Both the position numbers and the translations under genes were made by a program. The notes below the pieces were generated by a model. The model had not been told where the DNA came from. It did not search any database and worked only from the letters and a program-made list of their open reading frames with translations. A stretch of DNA of 64,000 bases from the human T2T-CHM13v2.0 reference genome, Homo sapiens, in assembly GCF_009914755.1 (NCBI RefSeq), contig NC_060938.1. One strand, written 5' to 3'. Positions 24,801 to 39,100 of the stretch are shown piece after piece (within the stretch, counting starts at the first letter, position 1; each line of letters starts with the position of its first letter).

Positions 24801-27800
24801 CTCTGTGAAAGGGAATATTCAACTCTGTGACTTGAATGCACATATCACAAGGAAGTTTCTGAGAATGCTTCTGTCGAGATTTTATATGAAGATATTCCCG
24901 TTTCCAACGAAATCCTGAAATCTATCCAAATATCCCCTTGCAGATTCTACAAAAAGAGTGTTTCAAAACTGCTCTGTAAAAAGAAAGGTTCAACTCTGTT
25001 AGTTGAGTACACACATCACAAACAAGTTTCACACAATGCTTCTTTCTAGCTTGTAGGGGAAGATATTCCCTTTATCACCATGGGCCTCAAACCGTCCGAT
25101 AAGTCCACTTCCATATACTACAAAAAGAGCGTTTCAAACCTGCTCTATGAAAGGCAATGTTCAACTCTGTGACTTGAATGCAGACATCACAGAGCAGTTT
25201 CTGAGAATGCTTCTGTCTAGATTTTATAGGAAGATATTCCCATTTCCAATGAAATCTTCACAGCTATCCAAATATCCACTTGCAGATTCTACAAAAAGAG
25301 TGTATCAAAACTGCTCTGTCAAAAGGAAGGTTCTTTTCTGTTAGGTGAGTGCATACGTCATAAAGGAGTTTCTGAGAATGTTTCTGTCTAGTGGTTATGG
25401 GAAGATATTTGCTTTTTCACCGTAGGCCTCAGAGCGCTCCAAATATCCACTTGCACATACTACAAAAAGAGTGCCTCAAAGCTGCTCTCTGAAACGGAAT
25501 GTTCAACTCTATGAGTTGAATGCAAACATCGCAAAGACGTTTCTGAGAATGCTTCTGTCTAGATTTGATATGAAGATATTCCCGTTTCCAACGAAATCTT
25601 CAAATCTATCCAAATGTCCACTTGCAGATTCAACAAAAAGTGTTTTTCAGAACTGCTCTATCAAAAGAAAGATCCACCTCTGTTAGCTGAGTTCACACAT
25701 CACAAACAAGTTTATGAGAATGCTTCTGTCTAGTTTTTATTTGAAGATATTTCCTTTCTCACCATAGAGCTGAAAGCTGTCCTAATGTTCACTTCCAGAT
25801 ACTACAGAAAGAGTGTTTCAAAACTGCTGTACGAAAAGGAATGTTCAACTCTTTGACTTGAATGCACACATCACAAAGAAGTTTCTGAGGATGCTGCTGT
25901 CTACTTTTTATACGTAATCCCGTTTCCAACGAAATCCTCCAAGCTATCCAAATATCCACTTGCAGATTCCACAGAAAGACTGTTTCAAAACTGCTCTGTC
26001 AATAGAAAGGTTCAACTCTGTTAGCTGCGTGCATATATCCCAAAGAAGATTCTGAGATTGCTTCTGTCTAGTTTTTATGGGAAGATATTTCCCTTTTCAC
26101 CGTAGGTGTCAAGGCGCTCCAAATGTCCACTTCCAGATACTACAAAAAGAGTGTTTCAAACCTACTCTGTGAAAGGGAATATTCAACTCTGTGACTTGAA
26201 TGCACATATCACAAAGAAGTTTCTGAGAATGCTTCTGTCGAGATTTTATATGAAGATATTCCCGTTTCCAACGAAATGCTGAAATCTATCCAAATATCCC
26301 CTCGCAGATTCTACAAAAAGAGTGTTTCAAAACTGCTCTGTGAAAAGAAAGGTTCAACTCTGTTAGTTGAGTACACACATCACAAACAAGTTTCACAGAA
26401 TGCTTCTTTCTAGCTTGTAGGGGAAGATATTCCCTTTATCACCATGGGCCTCCAACCGTCCGAAACATCCACTTCCATATACTACAAAAAGAGCGTTTCA
26501 AACCTGCTCTATGAAAGGCAATGTTCAACTCTGTGACTTGAATGCAGACATCACAGAGCAGTTTCTGAGAATGCTTCTGTCTAGATTTTATAGGAAGATA
26601 TGCCCGTTTCCAACGAAATCTTCACAGGTATCCAAATATCCACTTGCAGATTCTACAAAAAGAGTGTATCAAAACTGCTCTGTCAAAAGGAAGGTTCTTC
26701 TCTGTTAGGTGAGTGCATACGTCATAAAGGAGTTTCTGAGAATGTTTCTGTCTAGTGGTTATGGGAAGATATTTGCTTTTTAACCGTAGGCCTCAGAGCG
26801 CTCCAAATATCCACTTGCACATACTACAAAAAGAGTGCTTCAAAGCTGCTCTCTGAAACGGAATGTTCAACTCTATGAGTTGAATGCAAACATCACAAAG
26901 ACGTTTCTGAGAATGCTTCTGTCTAGATTTGATATGAAGATATTCCCGTTTCCAACGAAATCTTCAAATCTATCCAAATGTCCACTTGCAGATTCAACAA
27001 AAAGTGTTTTTCAGAACTGCTCTATCAAAAGAAAGATCCACCTCTGTTAGCTGAGTTCACACATCACAAACAACTTTATGAGAATGCTTCTGTCTAGTTT
27101 TTATTTGAAGATATTTCCTTTCTCACCATAGAGCTGAAAGCTGTCCTAATGTTCACTTCCAGATACTACAGAAAGAGTGTTTCAAAACTGCTGTACGAAA
27201 GGGAATGTTCAACTCTGTGACTTGAATGCACACATCACAAAGAAGTTTCTGAGGATGCTGCTGTCTACTTTTTATACGTAATCCCGTTTCCAACGAAATC
27301 CTCCAAGCTATCCAAATATCCACTTGCAGATTCCACAGAAAGACTGTTTCAAAACTGCTCTGTCAATAGAAAGGTTCAACTCTGTTAGCTGCATGCATAT
27401 ATCCCAAAGAAGATTCTGAGATTGCTTCTGTCTAGTTTTTATGGGAAGATATTTCCCTTTTCACCGTAGGCGTCAAGGCGCTCCAAATGTCCACTTCCAG
27501 ATACTACAAAAAGAGTGTTTCAAACCTACTCTGTGAAAGGGAATATTCAACTCTGTGACTTGAATGCACATATCACAAGGAAGTTTCTGAGAATGCTTCT
27601 GTCGAGATTTTATATGAAGATATTCCCGTTTCCAACGAAATCCTGAAATGTATCCAAATATCCCCTTGCAGATTCTACAAAAAGAGTGTTTCAAAACTGC
27701 TCTGTAAAAAGAAAGGTTCAACTCTGTTAGTTGAGTACACACATCACAAACAAGTTTCACACAATGCTTCTTTCTAGCTTGTAGGGGAAGATATTCCCTT

Positions 27801-28578
27801 TATCACCATGGGCCTCAAACCGTCCGATAAGTCCACTTCCATATACTACAAAAAGAGCGTTTCAAACCTGCTCTATGAAAGGCAATGTTCAACTCTGTGA
27901 CTTGAATGCAGACATCACAGAGCAGTTTCTGAGAATGCTTCTGTCTAGATTTTATAGGAAGATATTCCCGTTTCCAACGAAATCTTCACAGCTATCCAAA
28001 TATCCACTTGCAGATTCTACAAAAAGAGTGTATCAAAACTGCTCTGTCAAAAGGAAGGTTCTTTTCTGTTAGGTGAGTGCATACGTCATAAAGGAGTTTC
28101 TGAGAATGTTTCTGTCTAGTGGTTATGGGAAGATATTTGCTTTTTCACCGTAGGCCTCAGAGCGCTCCAAATATCCACTTGCACATACTACAAAAAGAGT
28201 GCCTCAAAGCTGCTCTCTGAAACGGAATGTTCAACTCTATGAGTTGAATGCAAACATCGCAAAGACGTTTCTGAGAATGCTTCTGTCTAGATTTGATATG
28301 AAGATATTCCCGTTTCCAACGAAATCTTCAAATCTATCCAAATGTCCACTTGCAGATTCAACAAAAAGTGTTTTTCAGAACTGCTCTATCAAAAGAAAGA
28401 TCCACCTCTGTTAGCTGAGTTCACACATCACAAACAAGTTTATGAGAATGCTTCTGTCTAGTTTTTATTTGAAGATATTTCCTTTCTCACCATAGAGCTG
28501 AAAGCTGTCCTAATGTTCACTTCCAGATACTACAGAAAGAGTGTTTCAAAACTGCTGTACGAAAGGGAATGTTCAACT

Positions 28579-31500
28579 ATGTGACTTGAATGCACACATC
28601 ACAAAGAAGTTTCTGAGGATGCTGCTGTCTACTTTTTATACGTAATCCCGTTTCCAACGAAATCCTCCAAGCTATCCAAATATCCACTTGCAGATTCCAC
28701 AGAAAGACTGTTTCAAAACTGCTCTGTCAATAGAAAGGTTCAACTCTGTTAGCTGCGTGCATATATCCCAAAGAAGATTCTGAGATTGCTTCTGTCTAGT
28801 TTTTATGGGAAGATATTTCCCTTTTCACCGTAGGTGTCAAGGCGCTCCAAATGTCCACTTCCAGATACTACAAAAAGAGTGTTTCAAACCTACTCTGTGA
28901 AAGGGAATATTCAACTCTGTGACTTGAATGCACATATCACAAAGAAGTTTTTGAGAATGCTTCTGTCGAGATTTTATATGAAGATATTCCCGTTTCCAAC
29001 GAAATGCTGAAATCTATCCAAATATCCCCTCGCAGATTCTACAAAAAGAGTGTTTCAAAACTGCTCTGTGAAAAGAAAGGTTCAACTCTGTTAGTTGAGT
29101 ACACACATCACAAACAAGTTTCACAGAATGCTTCTTTCTAGCTTGTAGGGGAAGATATTCCCTTTATCACCATGGGCCTCCAACCGTCCGAAACATCCAC
29201 TTCCATATACTACAAAAAGAGCGTTTCAAACCTGCTCTATGAAAGGCAATGTTCAACTCTGTGACTTGAATGCAGACATCACAGAGCAGTTTCTGAGAAT
29301 GCTTCTGTCTAGATTTTATAGGAAGATATTCCCGTTTCCAACGAAATCTTCACAGCTATCCAAATATCCACTTGCAGATTCTACAAAAAGAGTGTATCAA
29401 AACTGCTCTGTCAAAAGGAAGGTTCTTCTCTGTTAGGTGAGTGCATACGTCATAAAGGAGTTTCTGAGAATGTTTCTGTCTAGTGGTTATGGGAAGATAT
29501 TTGCTTTTTCACCGTAGGCCTCAGAGCGCTCCAAATATCCACTTGCACATACTACAAAAAGAGTGCTTCAAAGCTGCTCTCTGAAACGGAATGTTCAACT
29601 CTATGAGTTGAATGCAAACATCACAAAGACGTTTCTGAGAATGCTTCTGTCTAGATTTGATATGAAGATATTCCCGTTTCCAACGAAATCTTCAAATCTA
29701 TCCAAATGTCCACTTGCAGATTCAACAAAAAGTGTTTTTCAGAACTGCTCTATCAAAAGTAAGATCCACCTCTGTTAGCTGAGTTCACACCTCACAAACA
29801 AGTTTATGAGAATGCTTCTGTCTAGTTTTTATTTGAAGATATTTCCTTTCTCACCATAGAGCTGAAAGCTGTCCTAATGTTCACTTCCAGATACTACAGA
29901 AAGAGTGTTTCAAAACTGCTGTACGAAAGGGAATGTTCAACTCTGTGACTTGAATGCACACATCACAAAGAAGTTTCTGAGGATGCTGCTGTCTACTTTT
30001 TATACGTAATCCCGTTTCCAACGAAATCCTCCAAGCTATCCAAATATCCACTTGCAGATTCCACAGAAAGACTGTTTCAAAACTGCTCTGTCAATAGAAA
30101 GGTTCAACTCTGTTAGCTGCATGCATATATCCCAAAGAAGATTCTGAGATTGCTTCTGTCTAGTTTTTATGGGAAGATATTTCCCTTTTCACCGTAGGTG
30201 TCAAGGCGCTCCAAATGTCCACTTCCAGATACTACAAAAAGAGTGTTTCAAACCTACTCTGTGAAAGGGAATATTCAACTCTGTGACTTGAATGCACATA
30301 TCACAAGGAAGTTTCTGAGAATGCTTCTGTCGAGATTTTATATGAAGATATTCCCGTTTCCAACGAAATCCTGAAATCTATCCAAATATCCCCTTGCAGA
30401 TTCTACAAAAAGAGTGTTTCAAAACTGCTCTGTAAAAAGAAAGGTTCAACTCTGTTAGTTGAGTACACACATCACAAACAAGTTTCACACAATGCTTCTT
30501 TCTAGCTTGTAGGGGAAGATATTCCCTTTATCACCATGGGCCTCAAACCGTCCGATAAGTCCACTTCCATATACTACAAAAAGAGCGTTTCAAACCTGCT
30601 CTATGAAAGGCAATGTTCAACTCTGTGACTTGAATGCAGACATCACAGAGCAGTTTCTGAGAATGCTTCTGTCTAGATTTTATAGGAAGATATTCCGGAT
30701 TCCAAAGAAATCTTCACAGCTATCCAAATATCCACTTGCAGATTCTACAAAAAGAGTGTATCAAAACTGCTCTGTCAAAAGGAAGGTTCTTTTCTGTTAG
30801 GTGAGTGCATACGTCATAAAGGAGTTTCTGAGAATGTTTCTGTCTAGTGGTTATGGGAAGATATTTGCTTTTTCACCGTAGGCCTCAGAGCGCTCCAAAT
30901 ATCCACTTGCACATACTACAAAAAGAGTGCCTCAAAGCTGCTCTCTGAAACGGAATGTTCAACTCTATGAGTTGAATGCAAACATCGCAAAGACGTTTCT
31001 GAGAATGCTTCTGTCTAGATTTGATATGAAGATATTCCCGTTTCCAACGAAATCTTCAAATCTATCCAAATGTCCACTTGCAGATTCAACAAAAAGTGTT
31101 TTTCAGAACTGCTCTATCAAAAGAAAGATCCACCTCTGTTAGCTGAGTTCACACATCACAAACAACTTTATGAGAATGCTTCTGTCTAGTTTTTATTTGA
31201 AGATATTTCCTTTCTCACCATAGAGCTGAAAGCTGTCCTAATGTTCACTTCCAGATACTACAGAAAGAGTGTTTCAAAACTGCTGTACGAAAGGGAATGT
31301 TCAACTCTGTGACTTGAATGCACACATCACAAAGAAGTTTCTGAGGATGCTGCTGTCTACTTTTTATACGTAATCCCGTTTCCAACGAAATCCTCCAAGC
31401 TATCCAAATATCCACTTGCAGATTCCACAGAAAGACTGTTTCAAAACTGCTCTGTCAATAGAAAGGTTCAACTCTGTTAGCTGCATGCATATATCCCAAA

Positions 31501-34500
31501 GAAGATTCTGAGATTGCTTCTGTCTAGTTTTTATGGGAAGATATTTCCCTTTTCACCGTAGGCGTCAAGGCGCTCCAAATGTCCACTTCCAGATACTACA
31601 AAAAGAGTGTTTCAAACCTACTCTGTGAAAGGGAATATTCAACTCTGTGACTTGAATGCACATATCACAAGGAAGTTTCTGAGAATGCTTCTGTCGAGAT
31701 TTTATATGAAGATATTCCCGTTTCCAACGAAATCCTGAAATCTATCCAAATATCCCCTTGCAGATTCTACAAAAAGAGTGTTTCAAAACTGCTCTGTAAA
31801 AAGAAAGGTTCAACTCTGTTAGTTGAGTACACACATCACAAACAAGTTTCACACAATGCTTCTTTCTAGCTTGTAGGGGAAGATATTCCCTTTATCACCA
31901 TGGGCCTCAAACCGTCCGATAAGTCCACTTCCATATACTACAAAAAGAGCGTTTCAAACCTGCTCTATGAAAGGCAATGTTCAACTCTGTGACTTGAATG
32001 CAGACATCACAGAGCAGTTTCTGAGAATGCTTCTGTCTAGATTTTATAGGAAGATATTCCCGTTTCCAACGAAATCTTCACAGCTATCCAAATATCCACT
32101 TGCAGATTCTACAAAAAGAGTGTATCAAAACTGCTCTGTCAAAAGGAAGGTTCTTTTCTGTTAGGTGAGTGCATACGTCATAAAGGAGTTTCTGAGAATG
32201 TTTCTGTCTAGTGGTTATGGGAAGATATTTGCTTTTTCACCGTAGGCCTCAGAGCGCTCCAAATATCCACTTGCACATACTACAAAAAGAGTGCCTCAAA
32301 GCTGCTCTCTGAAACGGAATGTTCAACTCTATGAGTTGAATGCAAACATCGCAAAGACGTTTCTGAGAATGCTTCTGTCTAGATTTGATATGAAGATATT
32401 CCCGTTTCCAACGAAATCTTCAAATCTATCCAAATGTCCACTTGCAGATTCAACAAAAAGTGTTTTTCAGAACTGCTCTATCAAAAGAAAGATCCACCTC
32501 TGTTAGCTGAGTTCACACATCACAAACAAGTTTATGAGAATGCTTCTGTCTAGTTTTTATTTGAAGATATTTCCTTTCTCACCATAGAGCTGAAAGCTGT
32601 CCTAATGTTCACTTCCAGATACTACAGAAAGAGTGTTTCAAAACTGCTGTACGAAAGGGAATGTTCAACTCTGTGACTTGAATGCACACATCACAAAGAA
32701 GTTTCTGAGGATGCTGCTGTCTACTTTTTATACGTAATCCCGTTTCCAACGAAATCCTCCAAGCTATCCAAATATCCACTTGCAGATTCCACAGAAAGAC
32801 TGTTTCAAAACTGCTCTGTCAATAGAAAGGTTCAACTCTGTTAGCTGCATGCATATATCCCAAAGAAGATTCTGAGATTGCTTCTGTCTAGTTTTTATGG
32901 GAAGATATTTCCCTTTTCACCGTAGGCGTCAAGGCGCTCCAAATGTCCACTTCCAGATACTACAAAAAGAGTGTTTCAAACCTACTCTGTGAAAGGGAAT
33001 ATTCAACTCTGTGACTTGAATGCACATATCACAAGGAAGTTTCTGAGAATGCTTCTGTCGAGATTTTATATGAAGATATTCCCGTTTCCAACGAAATCCT
33101 GAAATCTATCCAAATATCCCCTTGCAGATTCTACAAAAAGAGTGTTTCAAAACTGCTCTGTAAAAAGAAAGGTTCAACTCTGTTAGTTGAGTACACACAT
33201 CACAAACAAGTTTCACACAATGCTTCTTTCTAGCTTGTAGGGGAAGATATTCCCTTTATCACCATGGGCCTCAAACCGTCCGATAAGTCCACTTCCATAT
33301 ACTACAAAAAGAGCGTTTCAAACCTGCTCTATGAAAGGCAATGTTCAACTCTGTGACTTGAATGCAGACATCACAGAGCAGTTTCTGAGAATGCTTCTGT
33401 CTAGATTTTATAGGAAGATATTCCCGTTTCCAACGAAATCTTCACAGCTATCCAAATATCCACTTGCAGATTCTACAAAAAGAGTGTATCAAAACTGCTC
33501 TGTCAAAAGGAAGGTTCTTTTCTGTTAGGTGAGTGCATACGTCATAAAGGAGTTTCTGAGAATGTTTCTGTCTAGTGGTTATGGGAAGATATTTGCTTTT
33601 CCACCGTAGGCCTCAGAGCGCTCCAAATATCCACTTGCACATACTACAAAAAGAGTGCCTCAAAGCTGCTCTCTGAAACGGAATGTTCAACTCTATGAGT
33701 TGAATGCAAACATCGCAAAGACGTTTCTGAGAATGCTTCTGTCTAGATTTGATATGAAGATATTCCCGTTTCCAACGAAATCTTCAAATCTATCCAAATG
33801 TCCACTTGCAGATTCAACAAAAAGTGTTTTTCAGAACTGCTCTATCAAAAGAAAGATCCACCTCTGTTAGCTGAGTTCACACATCACAAACAAGTTTATG
33901 AGAATGCTTCTGTCTAGTTTTTATTTGAAGATATTTCCTTTCTCACCATAGAGCTGAAAGCTGTCCTAATGTTCACTTCCAGATACTACAGAAAGAGTGT
34001 TTCAAAACTGCTGTACGAAAGGGAATGTTCAACTATGTGACTTGAATGCACACATCACAAAGAAGTTTCTGAGGATGCTGCTGTCTACTTTTTATACGTA
34101 ATCCCGTTTCCAACGAAATCCTCCAAGCTATCCAAATATCCACTTGCAGATTCCACAGAAAGACTGTTTCAAAACTGCTCTGTCAATAGAAAGGTTCAAC
34201 TCTGTTAGCTGCGTGCATATATCCCAAAGAAGATTCTGAGATTGCTTCTGTCTAGTTTTTATGGGAAGATATTTCCCTTTTCACCGTAGGTGTCAAGGCG
34301 CTCCAAATGTCCACTTCCAGATACTACAAAAAGAGTGTTTCAAACCTACTCTGTGAAAGGGAATATTCAACTCTGTGACTTGAATGCACATATCACAAAG
34401 AAGTTTTTGAGAATGCTTCTGTCGAGATTTTATATGAAGATATTCCCGTTTCCAACGAAATGCTGAAATCTATCCAAATATCCCCTCGCAGATTCTACAA

Positions 34501-36166
34501 AAAGAGTGTTTCAAAACTGCTCTGTGAAAAGAAAGGTTCAACTCTGTTAGTTGAGTACACACATCACAAACAAGTTTCACAGAATGCTTCTTTCTAGCTT
34601 GTAGGGGAAGATATTCCCTTTATCACCATGGGCCTCCAACCGTCCGAAACATCCACTTCCATATACTACAAAAAGAGCGTTTCAAACCTGCTCTATGAAA
34701 GGCAATGTTCAACTCTGTGACTTGAATGCAGACATCACAGAGCAGTTTCTGAGAATGCTTCTGTCTAGATTTTATAGGAAGATATTCCCGTTTCCAACGA
34801 AATCTTCACAGCTATCCAAATATCCACTTGCAGATTCTACAAAAAGAGTGTATCAAAACTGCTCTGTCAAAAGGAAGGTTCTTCTCTGCTAGGTGAGTGC
34901 ATACGTCATAAAGGAGTTTCTGAGAATGTTTCTGTCTAGTGGTTATGGGAAGATATTTGCTTTTTCACCGTAGGCCTCAGAGCGCTCCAAATATCCACTT
35001 GCACATACTACAAAAAGAGTGCTTCAAAGCTGCTCTCTGAAACGGAATGTTCAACTCTATGAGTTGAATGCAAACATCACAAAGACGTTTCTGAGAATGC
35101 TTCTGTCTAGATTTGATATGAAGATATTCCCGTTTCCAACGAAATCTTCAAATCTATCCAAATGTCCACTTGCAGATTCAACAAAAAGTGTTTTTCATAA
35201 CTGCTCTATCAAAAGTAAGATCCACCTCTGTTAGCTGAGTTCACACCTCACAAACAAGTTTATGAGAATGCTTCTGTCTAGTTTTTATTTGAAGATATTT
35301 CCTTTCTCACCATAGAGCTGAAAGCTGTCCTAATGTTCACTTCCAGATACTACAGAAAGAGTGTTTCAAAACTGCTGTACGAAAGGGAATGTTCAACTCT
35401 GTGACTTGAATGCACACATCACAAAGAAGTTTCTGAGGATGCTGCTGTCTACTTTTTATACGTAATCCCGTTTCCAACGAAATCCTCCAAGCTATCCAAA
35501 TATCCACTTGCAGATTCCACAGAAAGACTGTTTCAAAACTGCTCTGTCAATAGAAAGGTTCAACTCTGTTAGCTGCATGCATATATCCCAAAGAAGATTC
35601 TGAGATTGCTTCTGTCTAGTTTTTATGGGAAGATATTTCCCTTTTCACCGTAGGTGTCAAGGCGCTCCAAATGTCCACTTCCAGATACTACAAAAAGAGT
35701 GTTTCAAACCTACTCTGTGAAAGGGAATATTCAACTCTGTGACTTGAATGCACATATCACAAGGAAGTTTCTGAGAATGCTTCTGTCGAGATTTTATATG
35801 AAGATATTCCCGTTTCCAACGAAATCCTGAAATCTATCCAAATATCCCCTTGCAGATTCTACAAAAAGAGTGTTTCAAAACTGCTCTGTAAAAAGAAAGG
35901 TTCAACTCTGTTAGTTGAGTACACACATCACAAACAAGTTTCACACAATGCTTCTTTCTAGCTTGTAGGGGAAGATATTCCCTTTATCACCATGGGCCTC
36001 AAACCGTCCGATAAGTCCACTTCCATATACTACAAAAAGAGCGTTTCAAACCTGCTCTATGAAAGGCAATGTTCAACTCTGTGACTTGAATGCAGACATC
36101 ACAGAGCAGTTTCTGAGAATGCTTCTGTCTAGATTTTATAGGAAGATATTCCGGTTTCCAAAGAAA
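28579..36166. repeat. 5456-bp-offset duplicated block including a mutant CENP-B box
   Basis: Rare variants paired at +5456: 28579/34035, 28951/34407, 29760/35216, 30697/36153, 30706/36162. Confidence 0.8.
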
Positions 36167-39100
36167 TCTTCACAGCTATCCAAATATCCACTTGCAGATT
36201 CTACAAAAAGAGTGTATCAAAACTGCTCTGTCAAAAGGAAGGTTCTTTTCTGTTAGGTGAGTGCATACGTCATAAAGGAGTTTCTGAGAATGTTTCTGTC
36301 TAGTGGTTATGGGAAGATATTTGCTTTTTCACCGTAGGCCTCAGAGCGCTCCAAATATCCACTTGCACATACTACAAAAAGAGTGCCTCAAAGCTGCTCT
36401 CTGAAACGGAATGTTCAACTCTATGAGTTGAATGCAAACATCGCAAAGACGTTTCTGAGAATGCTTCTGTCTAGATTTGATATGAAGATATTCCCGTTTC
36501 CAACGAAATCTTCAAATCTATCCAAATGTCCACTTGCAGATTCAACAAAAAGTGTTTTTCAGAACTGCTCTATCAAAAGAAAGATCCACCTCTGTTAGCT
36601 GAGTTCACACATCACAAACAAGTTTATGAGAATGCTTCTGTCTAGTTTTTATTTGAAGATATTTCCTTTCTCACCATAGAGCTGAAAGCTGTCCTAATGT
36701 TCACTTCCAGATACTACAGAAAGAGTGTTTCAAAACTGCTGTACGAAAGGGAATGTTCAACTCTGTGACTTGAATGCACACATCACAAAGAAGTTTCTGA
36801 GGATGCTGCTGTCTACTTTTTATACGTAATCCCGTTTCCAACGAAATCCTCCAAGCTATCCAAATATCCACTTGCAGATTCCACAGAAAGACTGTTTCAA
36901 AACTGCTCTGTCAATAGAAAGGTTCAACTCTGTTAGCTGCGTGCATATATCCCAAAGAAGATTCTGAGATTGCTTCTGTCTAGTTTTTATGGGAAGATAT
37001 TTCCCTTTTCACCGTAGGTGTCAAGGCGCTCCAAATGTCCACTTCCAGATACTACAAAAAGAGTGTTTCAAACCTACTCTGTGAAAGGGAATATTCAACT
37101 CTGTGACTTGAATGTACATATCACAAAGAAGTTTCTGAGAATGCTTCTGTCGAGATTTTATATGAAGATATTCCCGTTTCCAACGAAATGCTGAAATCTA
37201 TCCAAATATCCCCTCGCAGATTCTACAAAAAGAGTGTTTCAAAACTGCTCTGTGAAAAGAAAGGTTCAACTCTGTTAGTTGAGTACACACATCACAAACA
37301 AGTTTCACAGAATGCTTCTTTCTAGCTTGTAGGGGAAGATATTCCCTTTATCACCATGGGCCTCCAACCGTCCGAAACATCCACTTCCATATACTACAAA
37401 AAGAGCGTTTCAAACCTGCTCTATGAAAGGCAATGTTCAACTCTGTGACTTGAATGCAGACATCACAGAGCAGTTTCTGAGAATGCTTCTGTCTAGATTT
37501 TATAGGAAGATATTCCCGTTTCCAACGAAATCTTCACAGCTATCCAAATATCCACTTGCAGATTCTACAAAAAGAGTGTATCAAAACTGCTCTGTCAAAA
37601 GGAAGGTTCTTCTCTGTTAGGTGAGTGCATACGTCATAAAGGAGTTTCTGAGAATGTTTCTGTCTAGTGGTTATGGGAAGATATTTGCTTTTTCACCGTA
37701 GGCCTCAGAGCGCTCCAAATATCCACTTGCACATACTACAAAAAGAGTGCTTCAAAGCTGCTCTCTGAAACGGAATGTTCAACTCTATGAGTTGAATGCA
37801 AACATCACAAAGACGTTTCTGAGAATGCTTCTGTCTAGATTTGATATGAAGATATTCCCGTTTCCAACGAAATCTTCAAATCTATCCAAATGTCCACTTG
37901 CAGATTCAACAAAAAGTGTTTTTCAGAACTGCTCTATCAAAAGAAAGATCCACCTCTGTTAGCTGAGTTCACACATCACAAACAAGTTTATGAGAATGCT
38001 TCTGTCTAGTTTTTATTTGAAGATATTTCCTTTCTCACCATAGAGCTGAAAGCTGTCCTAATGTTCACTTCCAGATACTACAGAAAGAGTGTTTCAAAAC
38101 TGCTGTACGAAAGGGAATGTTCAACTCTGTGACTTGAATGCACACATCACAAAGAAGTTTCTGAGGATGCTGCTGTCTACTTTTTATACGTAATCCCGTT
38201 TCCAACGAAATCCTCCAAGCTATCCAAATATCCACTTGCAGATTCCACAGAAAGACTGTTTCAAAACTGCTCTGTCAATAGAAAGGTTCAACTCTGTTAG
38301 CTGCGTGCATATATCCCAAAGAAGATTCTGAGATTGCTTCTGTCTAGTTTTTATGGGAAGATATTTCCCTTTTCACCGTAGGTGTCAAGGCGCTCCAAAT
38401 GTCCACTTCCAGATACTACAAAAAGAGTGTTTCAAACCTACTCTGTGAAAGGGAATATTCAACTCTGTGACTTGAATGCACATATCACAAAGAAGTTTTT
38501 GAGAATGCTTCTGTCGAGATTTTATATGAAGATATTCCCGTTTCCAACGAAATGCTGAAATCTATCCAAATATCCCCTCGCAGATTCTACAAAAAGAGTG
38601 TTTCAAAACTGCTCTGTGAAAAGAAAGGTTCAACTCTGTTAGTTGAGTACACACATCACAAACAAGTTTCACAGAATGCTTCTTTCTAGCTTGTAGGGGA
38701 AGATATTCCCTTTATCACCATGGGCCTCCAACCGTCCGAAACATCCACTTCCATATACTACAAAAAGAGCGTTTCAAACCTGCTCTATGAAAGGCAATGT
38801 TCAACTCTGTGACTTGAATGCAGACATCACAGAGCAGTTTCTGAGAATGCTTCTGTCTAGATTTTATAGGAAGATATTCCCGTTTCCAACGAAATCTTCA
38901 CAGCTATCCAAATATCCACTTGCAGATTCTACAAAAAGAGTGTATCAAAACTGCTCTGTCAAAAGGAAGGTTCTTCTCTGTTAGGTGAGTGCATACGTCA
39001 TAAAGGAGTTTCTGAGAATGTTTCTGTCTAGTGGTTATGGGAAGATATTTGCTTTTTCACCGTAGGCCTCAGAGCGCTCCAAATATCCACTTGCACATAC

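Noticed and set aside
27473-27760. Longest ORF (95 aa, minus strand), and the singleton ORFs at 21725 and 43883
   Set aside because: Each arises from one private change that removes a stop or shifts frame (C>G near 27650, the 4-bp deletion at 21810, A>G at 44014).
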